From the NCBI GenBank assembly GCA_047495785.1, contig JBLDXI010000028.1, positions 930,001 to 994,000 on the forward strand: a DNA stretch of 64,000 bases. Reading direction: 5' to 3'. The position numbers and the translations under genes are program-made. Position 1 is the stretch's first letter. Each line of letters begins with the position of its first letter. The notes beneath the pieces are model-generated. The model saw only the letters and a program-made list of their open reading frames with translations, did no database searches and was not told the DNA's origin. Of the stretch, positions 23,053 to 38,000 are shown in pieces. Source of the DNA: Lepidodermella squamata. Taxonomy: Eukaryota > Animalia > Gastrotricha.

Positions 23053-26000
23053 TCATCTAATGGCTTTTTTCGATTTTTTCGTCGCGGCTGGTTGATTTCC
23101 GCCGGGCACGGGTGGCAAATTTTGGTAGATGTAAACGTTAGGATCGCCGTTTTCCTGCTGAATCGAGCCGTTTTGACTGCCGTCGTCGTTCTGCGGCGGC
23201 GTGTCGCGATGCAGGTCTTGCTGCTTCGGCTTCACAACAGCCGTGCCCTGTTGCGTCCACTCGACCGTGTAGCCTTGTTTCGTGAAGAACTCAACGTCCA
23301 TGCGGTCGACGGTGCACAGCGAGTCGGCCTGCGAGCCGCCGGCCATCGACTTGGCCCGGCCTAGCAGAACGTTCTGCGCGATGCGCTGGTTCCAGCCGTC
23401 GCAGACCATGACCGTGAATGGGCCGTCGACATTGCGCAACAGCGTGACGGCTTCTTGGTGAGCGGCGCCGAGCAAACTCACGCCGTTGACTTCAATCAGT
23501 CGATGACCGACCTGAATACGACCGTCGTGGGCTACGCAGCCAGCGGTGATCTGAAAATTAAAAATTAAATATTAAGAAATATCCTTTTCAATTAAAATTC
23601 GAAATATCATGGAAAATACGAAAAATCATCCCTAAAAATTATATTGAAAATTATTGTGTTCGACATCTTTTCGAAATTCGAAAGGAATGTGAGAGCAAAA
23701 ATTAAAATTAAAATTAAAATTAAAAATATTGAGAAAACTGAGTTTCTATTAAACAGAGAACCAATTTTGTATCTTAATTTCAATTTTAATCTACCAATTT
23801 TTCGAATCAATAATGAAGAAATCTAATTTTCATTAGTTTGCGAATCAAACTGTTCATCTTGCATTCTTAATCTTAATCTCAATCTTAATTAAATTTTCCG
23901 GGAAAATTTTTCACGGTGTTTAAGGCGTAATTGTCTCTCAAAAGCTCACCTTAGAAACGAAAATTCCATCGTCCATCTTGTCATAAGGATTTCCAGACGG
24001 GCTATTGACGCCACCGCGGATGCTGAGGCCCAGCTTTTCGCCTGGTCCCCGGAACAAGGACAGCTCCTGAAGGCCAGCCGGTTGCGGGTCGTGCCGTACC
24101 AACAGTCGAACCTCGTGAACAGGCGTTATTAGCGCTGCAACAGCTTCGTTATGCGTCGCCTGCCGCACATCGATTCCGTTTACCTCCAACAGCCGATCGC
24201 CTATCCGCAAATTCGTCCGAACCGCCGGGCCGTCGGGCGAGATTTTCGACACGAAAACGCCGGGCGCGTCTTTCGATCCGAAAGGCTGGCACGCGTGGTC
24301 AGTACCGCCGACTATGCTCAGGCCAAGCGGACCGCCAGCCTTAATCACGCGAATTTCTTCGACGGAATACGGCTCGGGGTTTGATTTTGCGAGTAAAGAC
24401 GCCTCACTCCGGCTTTTCTGGACTAACGGACCGGGCGAGGGTGGCACGGAGTGGTTGTTTCGCCCGCCCCTGTCCGGGCAGGGCGGCGGGGTCGACGGGC
24501 GGTAACCGTGGCCATTGTTGCCGCCGCCGTTCGGGTACGGCTGGTACGTCCCGTTCGGATTATGCGGCTGGTGATAACTACCGCCCATATTGCCGTTCGG
24601 GAACATCGGGTAGCCCGATGGATCAACCTGGCAAGTCCCGTTCGGGTAACCATTGGGCGGGTAGCCGTTGCCGCCGTTGAACGGGCCATTCGGCCTGGGC
24701 GGGCCCATCATCCCGCCATTAGGAGGAGGCGGACCCATCATACCAGGCCCGCCATTCATAACCGGACCGTTACCGTTCGGTAACGCACTAGGCGGGACAG
24801 CGGCGTGGGACGGGATGAAAACAGCCCCGGTAGCTGGTTGCATCGGTACGAGAAAGACACCTGGAGTCGGGAAGAGGTTGACGGGCGGTAAATTGGCCGG
24901 GAAATTGCCATTCGGCGCCGGCACAGGCCAATTCTGCTGAGGCGGCGGCGGCCTTTGCACCGGTACCAGGGCATTAGTCGGCCCCGGCATCGGCTCAGTC
25001 CGCATGGTATTCGACCCAGACCCGGGTCCGTCGTTCGGTTTCGGTTTTTGAACGATATGCTCCCGGTAGACGACCAGTCTGACGTCAGGGGCGTCCAACA
25101 ACGCCATAACCGTGTCATATCTCGAATCAGTCACGTCGATCCCATTTATTGTTAGCAATCGATCGCCGATTTTTAGGACACCCTCGCGATCAGCCGGACC
25201 GCCCGGGTGGATTTTTGAGATGTAAACCGCATCGGCGGTGAATTTCGAGGTGACCGGGGCCGAGGTGCCGCGGCCTCCGCCGATCGACAGGCCGATTCCG
25301 CCGAATTGAACCTCCCGCCTCAGGCAGCTAGTCAAAGTCTCACCCTGCACCTCGTACTCCTCCCCGGTCGTTGTCGGCACTCCGGGAATTTCCGGGAAGT
25401 GTTTCGTTGTCATCTGAGAATCAGGTCCATTTGCGAAAACTTCGCGTTCAACGACCAATTCCAACAACTTGCCGGCCTTTTTAAGTGTTGTAACAGCCTG
25501 TTGGTGATCGGCTCCGACCAGATTGTACCCAGAGACTGATAGCAATTTGTCGCCGACCATGAGCCCGGCGCGCGATGCTGGGCCGTCTTTCGTGATCGAT
25601 GAGATGAAAATGCCGTCGTCTTCGCCTTTAAACGGCGTCGATCCACGGCCGCCGGCGATTCGCATGCCGAAGCCGAGAGACGGGTCCTTGCGAACGGTCA
25701 GCCGCAGTTCGACGCGGTCCAACTCGAGCAGCACCTGTCGGTAGACGGGGAGACAAAACAGGTCATATAAAACGGTGAAACAATTATGAAACCGCATTTT
25801 TCGAGGTTTAATTTCAAGTAACTTTTATGCTACACCCCGAAATATTTACGCATGCATAATAAATGGACGCCATTTTCAGGTAAATACCGCTAAGGTTAGT
25901 TGATGGGAGGAAACAATTTATAATCAAACAAAGTAATTTTCCCAACATTTCTCAAATAAAAATTCATAAAATTTTTAGTGGCGAAAATGTTATGAATACG

Positions 26001-29000
26001 CCACTAAATTCCCACTAAATTCGCCACTAAAACTGTTTATTTTTTTTTAAATAGGAAATTTGCAAATCTAAGAAAAATTGATAGATTTCCTCTCCGAGGT
26101 AATATTTGAGAAAATTAAAAATTCATTAAAAACTTTTTTTCAATAAATTCGAAAAATAAATTCAACATTTTCCCGCTTCTAGATTTTGAAAAATTGCAAA
26201 CCTTTTTCTGAGTCGGATTGATCGGTGGGTGTAAATGCGATTGTTGAGGCTGCTGTTGCTGCGGTGGTTGCATCATCTGGGGCGGCGGGGGCATCATCAT
26301 CGGAGGTGGCGGCATCATCATCGGCGGTCCCATCGGCATGGGTCCACCCTGCATCATCATACCAGGCGGCGGTCCCATCATACCACCCGGCCCAGGCATG
26401 AAATGCGGCTGTTGCTGATTCTGCGGATGTTGATGATGGTGATGATATTGATTGTTCGGGTCGTAATGACCACCCTGCGGCGGCATTTGCCCACCACCCT
26501 GCGATCCCATCGACACTGGCCGGCCATCAGACGGCTGTTCGACCGTGTAACCCGGACCGCCACTTCCCGGGCCAGAAATCGGCCCGCTAGACCCTGACAG
26601 CCCGGTTTCGACGTACAACGGCTGGCCGGTAGTGCCACTCGACGCCGCTGTGACGTGAGGCGGCAGGCCAGAGCCCTGCGGTACGACGAAAAGCCGACCA
26701 TCCGGGCCTTGAATCGTCTCATACGCCTGGCCGTCGACATGGATGAAGGGCTGGTTCGGATTTTGGTGGTGGTGGTGATGCATCGACCCGGAACCGGGGG
26801 ATACAACATTTTTCGGGGGTGACCCGCCCGCGTTTTGATCGGCGATATTTCTCGAACTGCCACTTCTCGAGTGCGGGAATTTCGAGTTCGGCTTCGGCGA
26901 ACCTTCCGAACTCGCGTGGGACAGCCGTTTTAGCCGCGTGACTTCAGTCGAGGCCGTTGAACAGACTAGGGTTGTTGGCTTGTTGAACACGATTTCAACG
27001 CTGTTGTTGGTTATCGAGGCGTAGACGGGTTGGGCGTCGGTTTGGAACGATGAGATATTCGGGATGTTTTGGGTAGGCTTTTCGCCCATGAGTAAATCGC
27101 GGAGAGAAGACGATCTAACGAGTTTAGGCGAGGCTTGCAGCTCGCGCAGCCGCTCGGCCAGCGCGGCCTGCTCACGGTCTATATATTGCTGCTCCGTTAC
27201 TGGATCCGTTTCAACAGAAACTAGAAATAAAATTCAAGAAATTAGCCATTAATCATATGGAAGTTGCTCTAATAAATGTTCAGTGAAAATGGAAAGTTGC
27301 ATCGACTAAACAGCGTGGGGAATTTCCGTGATGATTCACTATTTTTTTAACTAATTATTGTATTTCAGAAAATGAGCTCAAAAATCAAAATCTGAAATAA
27401 TTAAGATGAAGTGGTTTATCACTTTTTGCTATACAGTGGCCGTATTTTTTGAAGGTAGGCTCAGAATCGTAGCAACAAATGCAATTTCGAGGAGAAAAGC
27501 CTCGCCATATGTTGACCTAAAAATTCGGGGATGGTCAGAAATCCAAAAATTAAAACCATGAAAAATATTCTTATATTATTGTAAAAATTCTGCATATCGA
27601 AAAATTTCTCAAAATTGTTATCAATTTTTGGCAATTATATGGAACAAAATCTGAGCTTGACATTCAAATTTCTATTAATTAGCCAAATTTAGTGGGAATT
27701 TTTATATAATTAGATGTACAAATGTAACCGCATCATTTCTATCTAAAATTGAAAATCAGCACAAATTGAAAAAATATCAGAAAATGTTTTGTCAAATAAA
27801 TTCCTCAAAACAATCACAGCTTTAAATATGAATATCCTATTTAAGAGTGCCACTGAGTACATAAAGGGAAAACAAATATTAGCCTTTATTTAGTCGAGCA
27901 ACTGGGCTTTTCCCAACCTTGCTACACACTTAGTGCTACTACTTATCGCCGAAATAACAGATAAAAACCAGAGTGAGTTACTCAAAACCCACCCACGCAA
28001 TGAATAATGCTCTGGAAATTTACTCACCATTGCGATTAACCACAACCTGCGATACCTGAGACGGCGGTCGAGGCGTGGTTGGCGGGGTTGTCAACGCCGG
28101 TGTCATGGTCGAAGTGGGAGATTGTTGCCTAGCGCCCTGTTGTTGTTGATGGTGGTGATTTGGAGGCACCCTTTGCTGAGGCGAGGGCGGGCGATCATTC
28201 GACGAAGATTTCTGCATCCTCAACTCCTTCCTAACCACACCGTACTCAACAGCCGACGACGAGATGGACGACTCACTAGGCGCAGCAGCGGCTGGTTGAT
28301 GCTGCTGGGCCTGAGCCACGCGATTCAACTGGCTGGCACCAACCGGCTCCGAAACTTGACTGGTCTGACTCTGGGAACCAGGCGAAAAAGTCGCAGGTTG
28401 GTTCTTGGGGGGTGACTCGTGAACAGACGGCGCGCGAGTCGCAACGCCCCGTACCATTTGAATCTTCATCGGCTGACGGCCTAGCTGCGCTAGATTGCTC
28501 TGATTCGGCTTAGGCGGTGGTGGCGGGCCGGGTGGAGATACCGTCCTAGTCTCAGGCTGTTTCATCGGCGCGACAGTGACTAAACCAGTCCTAGGGTCGT
28601 ACGCCTTACTAGTCGTATCCCGCTTTTCAAAGGTCGAAGTCGAGGACGTCGCGCAAGACGACGAAGAACTTTCGCTAGAACTAACCTCACCATCAGACGA
28701 CTCGGGCTCGGGCTGCTTCGCGGCCGGAAATTTCGGCCGTTGTTGTGAGATCATCGACTGCTGCATCTGCCGCAGCTTTTCAATATATTCCGCATCTTCA
28801 ATCTGCTGCTGCTCGGTTTCATTCGCCAACGCGATGCCTAGCCCGCGGAAACCAGACGGCACAAACGACCCAGTTGAAGCCATGGAATTTGATGAGATTT
28901 TCGACTCTTCCGTCGAAATTGGATGCGAAGGGGACCCGGTTGAATCGACGAATTCGATCGGGATTTCGAAGGAACCAGGCCGGGCTGGTTTCTTGTTATC

Positions 29001-32000
29001 AACGCCGAGTAGCTCTAGAACTTTTTGCTGCCGCTCTTCCTCGTTATCACCCACAGCCGCGTTTAAATTAACACTGCCTTTTAGATTAGCTTGAAGCAAA
29101 TGGTGAGGGGTATCGTGGCGTTGCAGCCTTCGCCATTCCGTAGCACCGTCTTGCGGTTGGTCGTTCTGGTCGTCGCTAAACGCTACCCGGCTTCGACTTC
29201 GCGTTTCAGTCTCAGCTGTAGCGGTATTACTAGACGAGGCCTCCTATATTCAAATTACGACAAAAAATAACACAAAGTTAAAACAATGCATTAACGCGTG
29301 AATAAAAGGAGAAAAAGGTGAGTAAGGTTTGAAAAGCATATACACACACGCACAAAAATAATTTGTAGGATTGCAACGGCGCTTTATCGCTCATTTGTAT
29401 CAATCGCGACGCTAAGATAAACCACGATAAACAAATTCATAAGCGCGCGCGCGCTTGCCATTGATAGCAGTAGTCAAGAGGTAAGTAAGAGAGCAGCGCG
29501 CTAAAAATATGTCATACACACAACTTATTTGCATTTATCGCGCGTCTCATTAAATCGCTATTTTGACAAAATTACGCATTGATTTTTCGCGTTTTTGCGT
29601 GCCCCTCCTTGTTAAAGTAGACATAGACATCTAGGTATTAAATGCTGCTGAAATCGAGCCAAATAGCAATAAAAACCACGCGACAAGGGTCGGTTGACAC
29701 AAAAAAGCAGCTCGATCTTTATTCGTCTGACAACATTATAATATTACTAATAATAATGATTACTCTATTACAGAATTTAGTACAAAAATGATAGTAAGTT
29801 GCACTCAGAACTCGCGCGGCAAAAATCTCAACCTTCAAAAAAAAGTATTGCCCTCTCAGCACAAAAAAACGTACAAAGCAATAATAGCATGCTATTAATT
29901 AGTTAATCAATTATTCTCATGCTTGCTATATATACAGTAGGGTAACTAAAAAATTATTGGTTCCGGGGATTATTTTTTTTTGTATGGATGCATCACCACT
30001 TGTGTTATGAAAACTGGTCTGAGCTGTGTTATTTTTTTTTACTATTATTATTATTATACCAAAATGCTAATATTAATCGAAAAAATTTGCAGTGGAATTA
30101 TTCTTCAACTTATTCAGCAATTGATCCATTGGCAATTTATATATATAAAAGTAAATCAGCAGTCTAGTCAATTTTTTGCATCAAAATGCAAGGCCGATAG
30201 TGATGATACTGTGGGTAGAATGTGGGTGCTGGTGCTCAATTTTTACACATCTGTAGAGTAAGCTGCTGGTCCCGTATACCACGACACTGTGCAAGGCTGT
30301 GAGATAATTAGAAACAAATAGAAAAAATTGAATAATAGCATCATTTTTATAACACCTCAAGTTGGACTAAATCGAGAGATAGAATTTCTAGATTGAATAA
30401 TATGGAAGAGCTAAATCCACCTAATCTAGCCCTGAAGCTATCGATGAGTTGAGAATCATTCCATTAAATTGACATAAATTTAGCGCCATTATTTCGTCGA
30501 CCTAGCGAATTTTTTAACGCGTTATAGAAAAGGTAAAAACATCTACAAAAGCTAAGAGATAGAATTTCCAGCCAAGAAAAGCGGGTAATAAAGCAGAAAA
30601 TCTGGGTTCAAAAAAGCGGGTTGATGTTATACTAGTAACCACCTTAATCCAAACTTTACACGGCATGTCGATGTATTCAAAATTGAGAAAATCAATAATC
30701 TCCAAAATGCTATACATTTTAACAGCCGAAACGACAAAAATATATACACCAGGGCACGAGTTTACGTGTAATGGCTGAGACTGTGTAGGTAGGTAGTAGT
30801 TATATTAATAAATATTTGCCCAGTCAAAAACGCCCGGCCGGCGTCTGTCATCACCACCACGGAATGGCGACGTGAATGCATATACGACAGCAGTCACAGA
30901 GAATTCAGTACTAACGACGCCGTGACGAAAAACCTTCAACCGGCTATTAAGGCGGAGAGCGAAAGGAAAGACCCATTATTGCTACTACTACTTGTACTAC
31001 TTGGGCACAGCGGCAAGCGGACACAAGAGCGAAGAAAGACAATAATAATAATAATAATGGAGTGTAGGAAGATAAGATGCGATGATGACTATCAACATAC
31101 CTCTTGTTGATTTGATGTCACAATTGTCGTCGTGCGAGTTGTGACAACGCGCGTCGCCGAGACCTCGACTTCGTACGATTGCGATTGCGACTTTTCGTCG
31201 TCTTCATTCTGCGACGCCGCCGCCGTGGTCTGCGGTGGTGGCGAGTCGCGTTGAGGCCGGAATGAAAATGACTCGCGATTCGCGAGATCTGGATTGTGCG
31301 GTATCACCGAGCCGTCGATCGAGCCGCGCTTCTGGCCGTGAAATCGCGATAGAAAGCCGGATTTCGTCTTCAAATCGCGCGGCAGCGGCGTTTTTTGACG
31401 TTTCAACTGGTTGGCGCTAGACGATGACTCATCGTCGTAGTCATCTGCCCCGCCGCTGTCGCCATCCGCCTCGTCCCCAGCGTCTCGAGAGGCGTGTTCT
31501 GCAGTCTGGAAAGACACGCGATCCGACTTTCGAGCCTGCAAGTTGCCACAAAACGTAAATATCATAAATTTAGCAGATATTTCTTATTGGGAAAACAAAT
31601 ATTTTCAATGAATCCCAAAAACATTCATTAATAAAATAATTATGTGGGAACACTTCATTTTTTTGAAATTTCCACCAAATACGTGAAAATATTGAAAAAT
31701 CAGAAAATTCAGTAATTTCAGAGGTCTCGAGTAAAATCTGTCTTCGAATAAAAGAAATTATCATTTCGATTCAAGCGTAAATCGATCGCTGCATCTTCAA
31801 AGCAAATATTGGCGACAATATTAGCCATTGCCGGCGGATTTGTGCCGGCGTCTATCATTAAATCCATAAAATCGAGCATTTTCAAGAAAGTGCTTGGGAT
31901 AGTAATAGACAAAAAACGCCGGAAATGGCAAAAAATGGTGGAAAAACCACGTCCCTCACTTGTTTTTCATAAAAAGTTATTATTTTCTTTAATTCTAGAC

Positions 32001-35000
32001 TTTATCGATCTTCAAGGTCAAAAAATCGAATTATTTAAAAAAAACTGACCTTTTCAGGCTGCGGAGGTTTGAAGTAAACAGTTCGGCTTTCAGATTCAGC
32101 ATTCGCCGATTCGTTGAACGAGGAAACAGCACCGGTAGACGTCGAATTAGCGGAAGCAGCCGCAGCGACAGCCTTTTGTGTAAGCAGTAAAAGTGAAGTC
32201 AGCATTATTTGATTCGCGATAACAGTAACAAAATGCCATCCGCGGTATTGAAAACTTCAAGCATTTTTTGTAAGCTTGAAAAATCAGCACGACAACTAGT
32301 TAGTAGGCACAATAATTATTCAGTTATAATAATACGCCCATTTGTTATTAAAGCGCCCCAATATGAAAATACAACGAAAATGTTCAGAGGGATTGGAGAA
32401 AGCTTAGAATAACATCGCGCTAAAACCACGAAACAATGAACGACCCAACAACACTTAACAGCGCCCAGATTTATTCGGCGTAGTAAAAATATACATTGTA
32501 AAACAGGTGTTTCGATATGAAAACAACAACGCGTTTCGAGGAAGATGCCTTAATCCAATTAATTAAAAGAACAAAAATAGCTGCATTATTTTTGAACAAA
32601 TCGCAGTGCAAAATAAATTTAATCAATTGCCGGTAAATCTTCCCATCGAGCACATCAAAATATTATTTGTCAATGGAACCCCATCGCCATAATTCATAAT
32701 TTAATCGTGTTTTGACTGGGAGATGATTATCGCCACGTATTTTCTTACACGTATATAGCGAGTGAGAAAAAAGCATCGCCGCTTGATGAAAGTCAAGGTG
32801 TTGACGTGTATATACTATGTGAGCCGGTACTAACAGCTCGACTCACATGCCTGTGTATAAAAAAGGGCGGCGCAAATCGATACAATTATATAAACACCGG
32901 CTGCGGTGAGCATTTTTTTCGAAGCGACAAAAAATCATCAGTCTCGCAGGATAATTTGTTTAAAAGAGGGTGGTCGGTCTCGACAAGGAGTGGCCTGGGT
33001 ACACGCAGCATGCACTTGGACCTCAACGACGTGACGTGACCAGCTCATTTCTTGCCCTTATGTAGCAATAAGGAAATGTAAAGGAATACCGTTAAATCCA
33101 GAATTACAGGTGTAATATTGAAAAATTGTACATTTGCTTAGGAAAGTGAAAGTCAAACAAACGTACCGTCACCGGCTGTGGCTGTGTAGAAGCAGTATTA
33201 GTAGTGGTAGCTTTACTACTGGCGGGTGCTAATTCCGGAGGTGGTTCGAATTTATGAACGACAGGAGCGAATATGGGCTACAGTATAACAACAATAATAA
33301 GCAAAAGTGTCGCCAATCACCAACTGTTACAGAGCTCTGGTACCCAATTTTCGTCAACTAATTCACTCGAAAAACTAAATTTTGAGATGAAAGGGTTAAG
33401 AATTCTAGAAAACAGCTTTCCTGTAAGGAATGTTAGTAATGCATTGATTTTGGCCGATATTCGATCAATCGCAAATTGCTCAAACCTACCCCCGACTCGT
33501 ACCAAGGAGATATTAGGCTTAAACGACTCCCCACAACTACTCCCCCATAATGTTAATTTTCATCCTGATCTTTAAAAACCCTTGGGACCCAAGTTGACCA
33601 CAAATTCGAGTCGGCATCGAAGAATAAAGCTAACATTATATACGGCATATACTAAATATTAACTAAAGACGAAAAATAGAGGAACGATAAACATATTGTC
33701 CAGTAGTGTAAATAACTTCTATTAATAGAATACTTGTAAAAACTCTAATAGCCAAGTAATTATTCTTTGATTAGTTGGTAATTTTTATATTAATCTTAAA
33801 CGATTAAAAAGTTTATGAATCGAAACGTATCAAAATTCGGCGAAAAGGGGGACTTTCAAACCCATAAATTGAGAAAATAGCGTTTTCGGCAATTTTTCGA
33901 TCAAGGTCGATCGATTTTTACGGATTTTCAGTGATTTTTAGCTATCAACATGTCTTAGACGCTTACTGAATTGCCAGTCGAATTTAAAAACCAGAACTCT
34001 GTAACAATTTCACGAGGGTTAAGAAAAGTTCAACATCGTCACTCAACTACAGATATACGACTATCATGGAAATATTGCATGCGCAAGCTCAAAATGTGTA
34101 AAAAAAATTGCTGATTTTTGCAACAGCCAGCTGATACTCACCTCATTTTCGAACGCCTTCTTGAAGAATTGATCACGCGCCTCCCGCAACCGTTTCATCC
34201 GCTCACTCGGCAACTCATGCGGATGCGCAGCCGCGTCACTGTCGTGACTCGTCGGCGAAACGGCCGGCCTCTGCTGGTCACTTTTCGATGGCGAAACCGG
34301 GGCGATGTTGAAACCAGCCGGTAATTTCGGCTTCGGGGCAACGGCCGGTTTCGGCGGGGAATGCACCTTAGCCGCCGAAATCGCCCGCCGATCTGACTCG
34401 GAAAAGTCGGTATCCGAACACGTTTCCATTTTCGCTTTCGGCGCCTCGGTTATTCTCAGATCGTAAGCTGCCGCGAGATTGGTCAACTCGTCATCAGTCG
34501 CCTCAGGCGGCAATTCTGGACAGTTGACAATGACAGAGGACGATTCTGAGACCGTCGCGAAATTTTCGTTCGGGTCCGGCTGGGGTGGCGAGGTTACTTG
34601 TTGCTGCTGCTCGATAGACGATGACGAGGTCGTGGTTGGTCGGCCACGCGTGACCTGCACGCGGACCACGGAAGCGCGGGTCGGGAATGGCGGGGCTGGG
34701 GGCGCTGGCGGAGGCGGCGCTTGCTGTTGCCTCTGGTTATTTTCAACAAAATAATACTCTTGGCTCTGTTTCTGGATTGTCACCTGTTTTTTCGAAGCGA
34801 AGCGGCAAGAAATAAAGCGAAATTAAAATTTCAAAGAGCAAGCAATCGCGATCCAGCTTACTACACTTATTAGAAAATACGCGGAAAACATACCTTGGAA
34901 GTCTCGGTTTCCCGCACCGTTAGAGTTCCCATTTGGTCGAATTCGTTGTGCTCGATCTTCTTCTCGATTTCAACAATTATTGGCTGATTCGAGGCATCCT

Positions 35001-38000
35001 GTTAACAACAAATATTCGAATAAAATGTCGTCGACTTTTTCTGAAAATATATTTTTTCATTCCGATCAACTCGAGTTTAATGTCAAATGAAAGTTTCTGG
35101 GACGAAGAATTTCGGGCAAAAATTCGTGCTTTTGACGTTAAACCCTCAGCTTTAAATTACTGGCAAAGTCCCCTGCGTTAAGAGTAATATATATGCTTTC
35201 TTTGGAATTTTCACACATTTATTTTTGTTGAATTTTTATTAGTTGAATTCAAATATAGACACATGAGCATTTTCTCAAAAAATAACTCATACGGCTAAGA
35301 ATCGGAACATTTAAACACATGACATGTTAAATAAAATGATTACTTTCCGTCATCCGACATATAAAAAGCTAAACTAATTTACGCTAATTTAGTTACGTAA
35401 GTACCAATTTTCAGTTAAATTCCACTGGGACTAAATTACCCTGGTAATAAATAATGGTACTGTCAGTAATGTCGATAACAAAAAACGATGATTTAATCAA
35501 GCAGCATTGAACTATTTAATCAGTTCAAACTCGGATTTTTAGTGGAAAAGTTATTCCATTAACTTAATAAGTGAAGTCCTTCGCAGTGAGACCATCACCT
35601 TGGTCTAAGAACGGAAATTGTCGACCCCGGCGAAGCCATGATTATTCACAGAAACGTGAAAAAGTACAACAAAATTTTTGAATATTTTCACTTCTGCCCA
35701 AAATCTGTCGCTTACATGCAACAGCAAGGTTAAATATTGGGAATAAATCGCTCAAAATTGGTATACAAAATAATCGAATTTTCTCAGAAGGCATCGCGCA
35801 AAGCTTAAAACCTTGCATACCAGTTTGTTAAACCTAGAATTTCAATTTTTGATAAACCAAGTAAAAATCAAGGACTTACGTTAAGGCTTAGCGAAGTCGG
35901 ACTTTGAATAACCACCGGGCTATCCGTCCTCGCGTGGCCAGAAGCCGTCGCCGATCCCTCCGAGCCGGCAAACGACACATTCTGCTGCTGAACCGTCACA
36001 TGCGACACAGCCGGCCCATGTTGCTGCTGCTGCTGCTGATCCGCATTTGTCGACGATTTCGGCCGATCGCCGACTTGCCTCGTAACAACATACGTCGAAT
36101 TCAACGCCTCACTCTGCCCGCCAGACGACGCGCCCGATGCCTCTAAGAACGAGTGCGGCCGGTGTGATTCCGGCGCATTTGTGCTCGTAATCGTGACCGT
36201 GCTATTCAAATTAAACGCATCCCGTTTGCCCTGGACAACAGCGCCATTATTCGGCTGAAACATCAGTTGCTGGTTCGTAAAAGACGAAGCCATATTAACC
36301 TGGCCGAAATTCCTCGCAGACGGCGTCGAAGTCACCATGGGTTGTTCGAAGTGGTGTTTCAACGCATCCCTCTGCCGTCTTAGCGAGCCTTCATCTGTAG
36401 ATAGCGACGACCTAGTCAAGTTTTCTAGGCTTCCACAGGCTATTTGTTGCTGGGGTAGTAAGCAACACCGCAGAACTGTATGGCCAGTCCGAGGGTCGTC
36501 GTCTTCACAGAACGCCATGAGGGGTTTAGACTGGGCCTCAGTCAACCAAACCGCTTGTAACGGGCATCGACGTAGAGAACCAGGCAGGTGCTCCAACTTA
36601 TTACCGGCTAGGTACAAAATTTTCAGATCGTGGCAGTGGCCGAGCGTATGCGGCAGGGATTCAACCAGGTTATTCTGAATCGATAAAATATGCAGATTTT
36701 CGCAGTTGCCAATTTCCGGCGGTAGAAATTCTAGTTGATTGTTATCGCAGTTCAACAATTGCAGATACCTCAACCGGCCGATAGTCGGCGGTAATTGGAA
36801 CAATAAATTATGCGATAAAATCAAGTCTCGAAGACACGAGCAATCTCCAACGGTTGAAGTCAGGGCTATCAGCCGGTTTTGGTCGGCTTTCAACAGTCGC
36901 AACTGCTTCAACTGGCCAATGCTATCCGGCAGGGTTTCAATCATATTTTGCGTAACTATCAAATCGACTAAAGCCGTGCAACCTCCGATTGAATCTGGCA
37001 GTCTGTATAGCCGGTTGTCTGTCACGTCGAGGGCAACTAGGTTCTTCAACCTTCCAACTGTTATCGGCAATTGGCTCAGCTGATTCGCGTCTAGCGAGAC
37101 CTCTTCCAGCGAGGTTAAATTGCCGATAGTATCGGGCAGGAATGACAGCTCATTGCCGCCTAAATCAAGCAGTCTCAAATTAGAAAGCCGGCCTATTGTG
37201 ACTGGGATGACTGAGAAGTAGTTGTCTCGGGCTTCGAGGTGCGTCAGCGAGGCCAAATTGCCGATTTCGTTCGGTAAATCGCAGAGTGTGACGTCGTTCA
37301 GCGTTAAATTTGTTAGGTTTGTTAGCAGTGTGAAGCCGTTCGGCAGACCCTTCAACGGGTTGCCGGTCATATCGAGCACCTTCAAGTTGCGACATCGCCG
37401 AATTTCATCTGGCAGTTCGTCTACACCTAGAAAACGGAATAAAATTCAATTATCAATCAATTTCCTAGGTATTTTAAAGGCATAAAATAAGCTATATCAG
37501 AAGCTAAACAAAATTCGAACGACTTATATAAAGCCATGGCAAAAATGGTAGCTTAGTATCTGAGAGCTTAAATGTTGATCAAAGGCAGAAAAATAGGAGA
37601 AAATTTATATGAACTGAAATTTTGCTCAATTTTCAGTGGCCCCAGAGAATTAAATGACTTTTGACTTGCCTGGTGTCAAAAAAGTATCCTGGAGCCAATA
37701 AATAATCATTTTTTGTATTAATATTCATATGAAACCCTTCAAATGAAGCGAAATGGCCCATAAATTGTTGAATAATTATTTAAAATTTTCAATTATTCAA
37801 TTTTCAACACTTCCATCCGAGATCTCAGACACTTCCAGGCTTTCATTTAAGAAATAAAATTGATACAAAATCAATGAAGTGTAAGATTTTATATTCAGAT
37901 TCACACCCGGTCATGAAACGAAGACTGGAAATTCTACTCGCAGTTCAAGAGTGTTTGTTTTGCATAAATTCGGGTTGCTTTATATAGGCTTCTCAATATT

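Noticed and set aside
25974-26032. TTTAGTGGCG / (CGCCACTAAA)x3 inverted and direct repeats, plus AAAATT and TTAATC simple repeats at 23690-23890
   Set aside because: Short intronic low-complexity or relic repeats; not CRISPR-like and with no supportable function.
27435-27856. Possible Tc1-like MITE (TA-CAGTGGC ... GCCACTG)
   Set aside because: Only 7 bp of inverted match and no clean TA duplication on the right side.
24151-29094. Many overlapping Arg/Pro/Gly-rich ORFs on both strands
   Set aside because: They are alternative-frame artefacts of GC-rich Scribble exons; the same applies to 50461-52963 over ACSBG.
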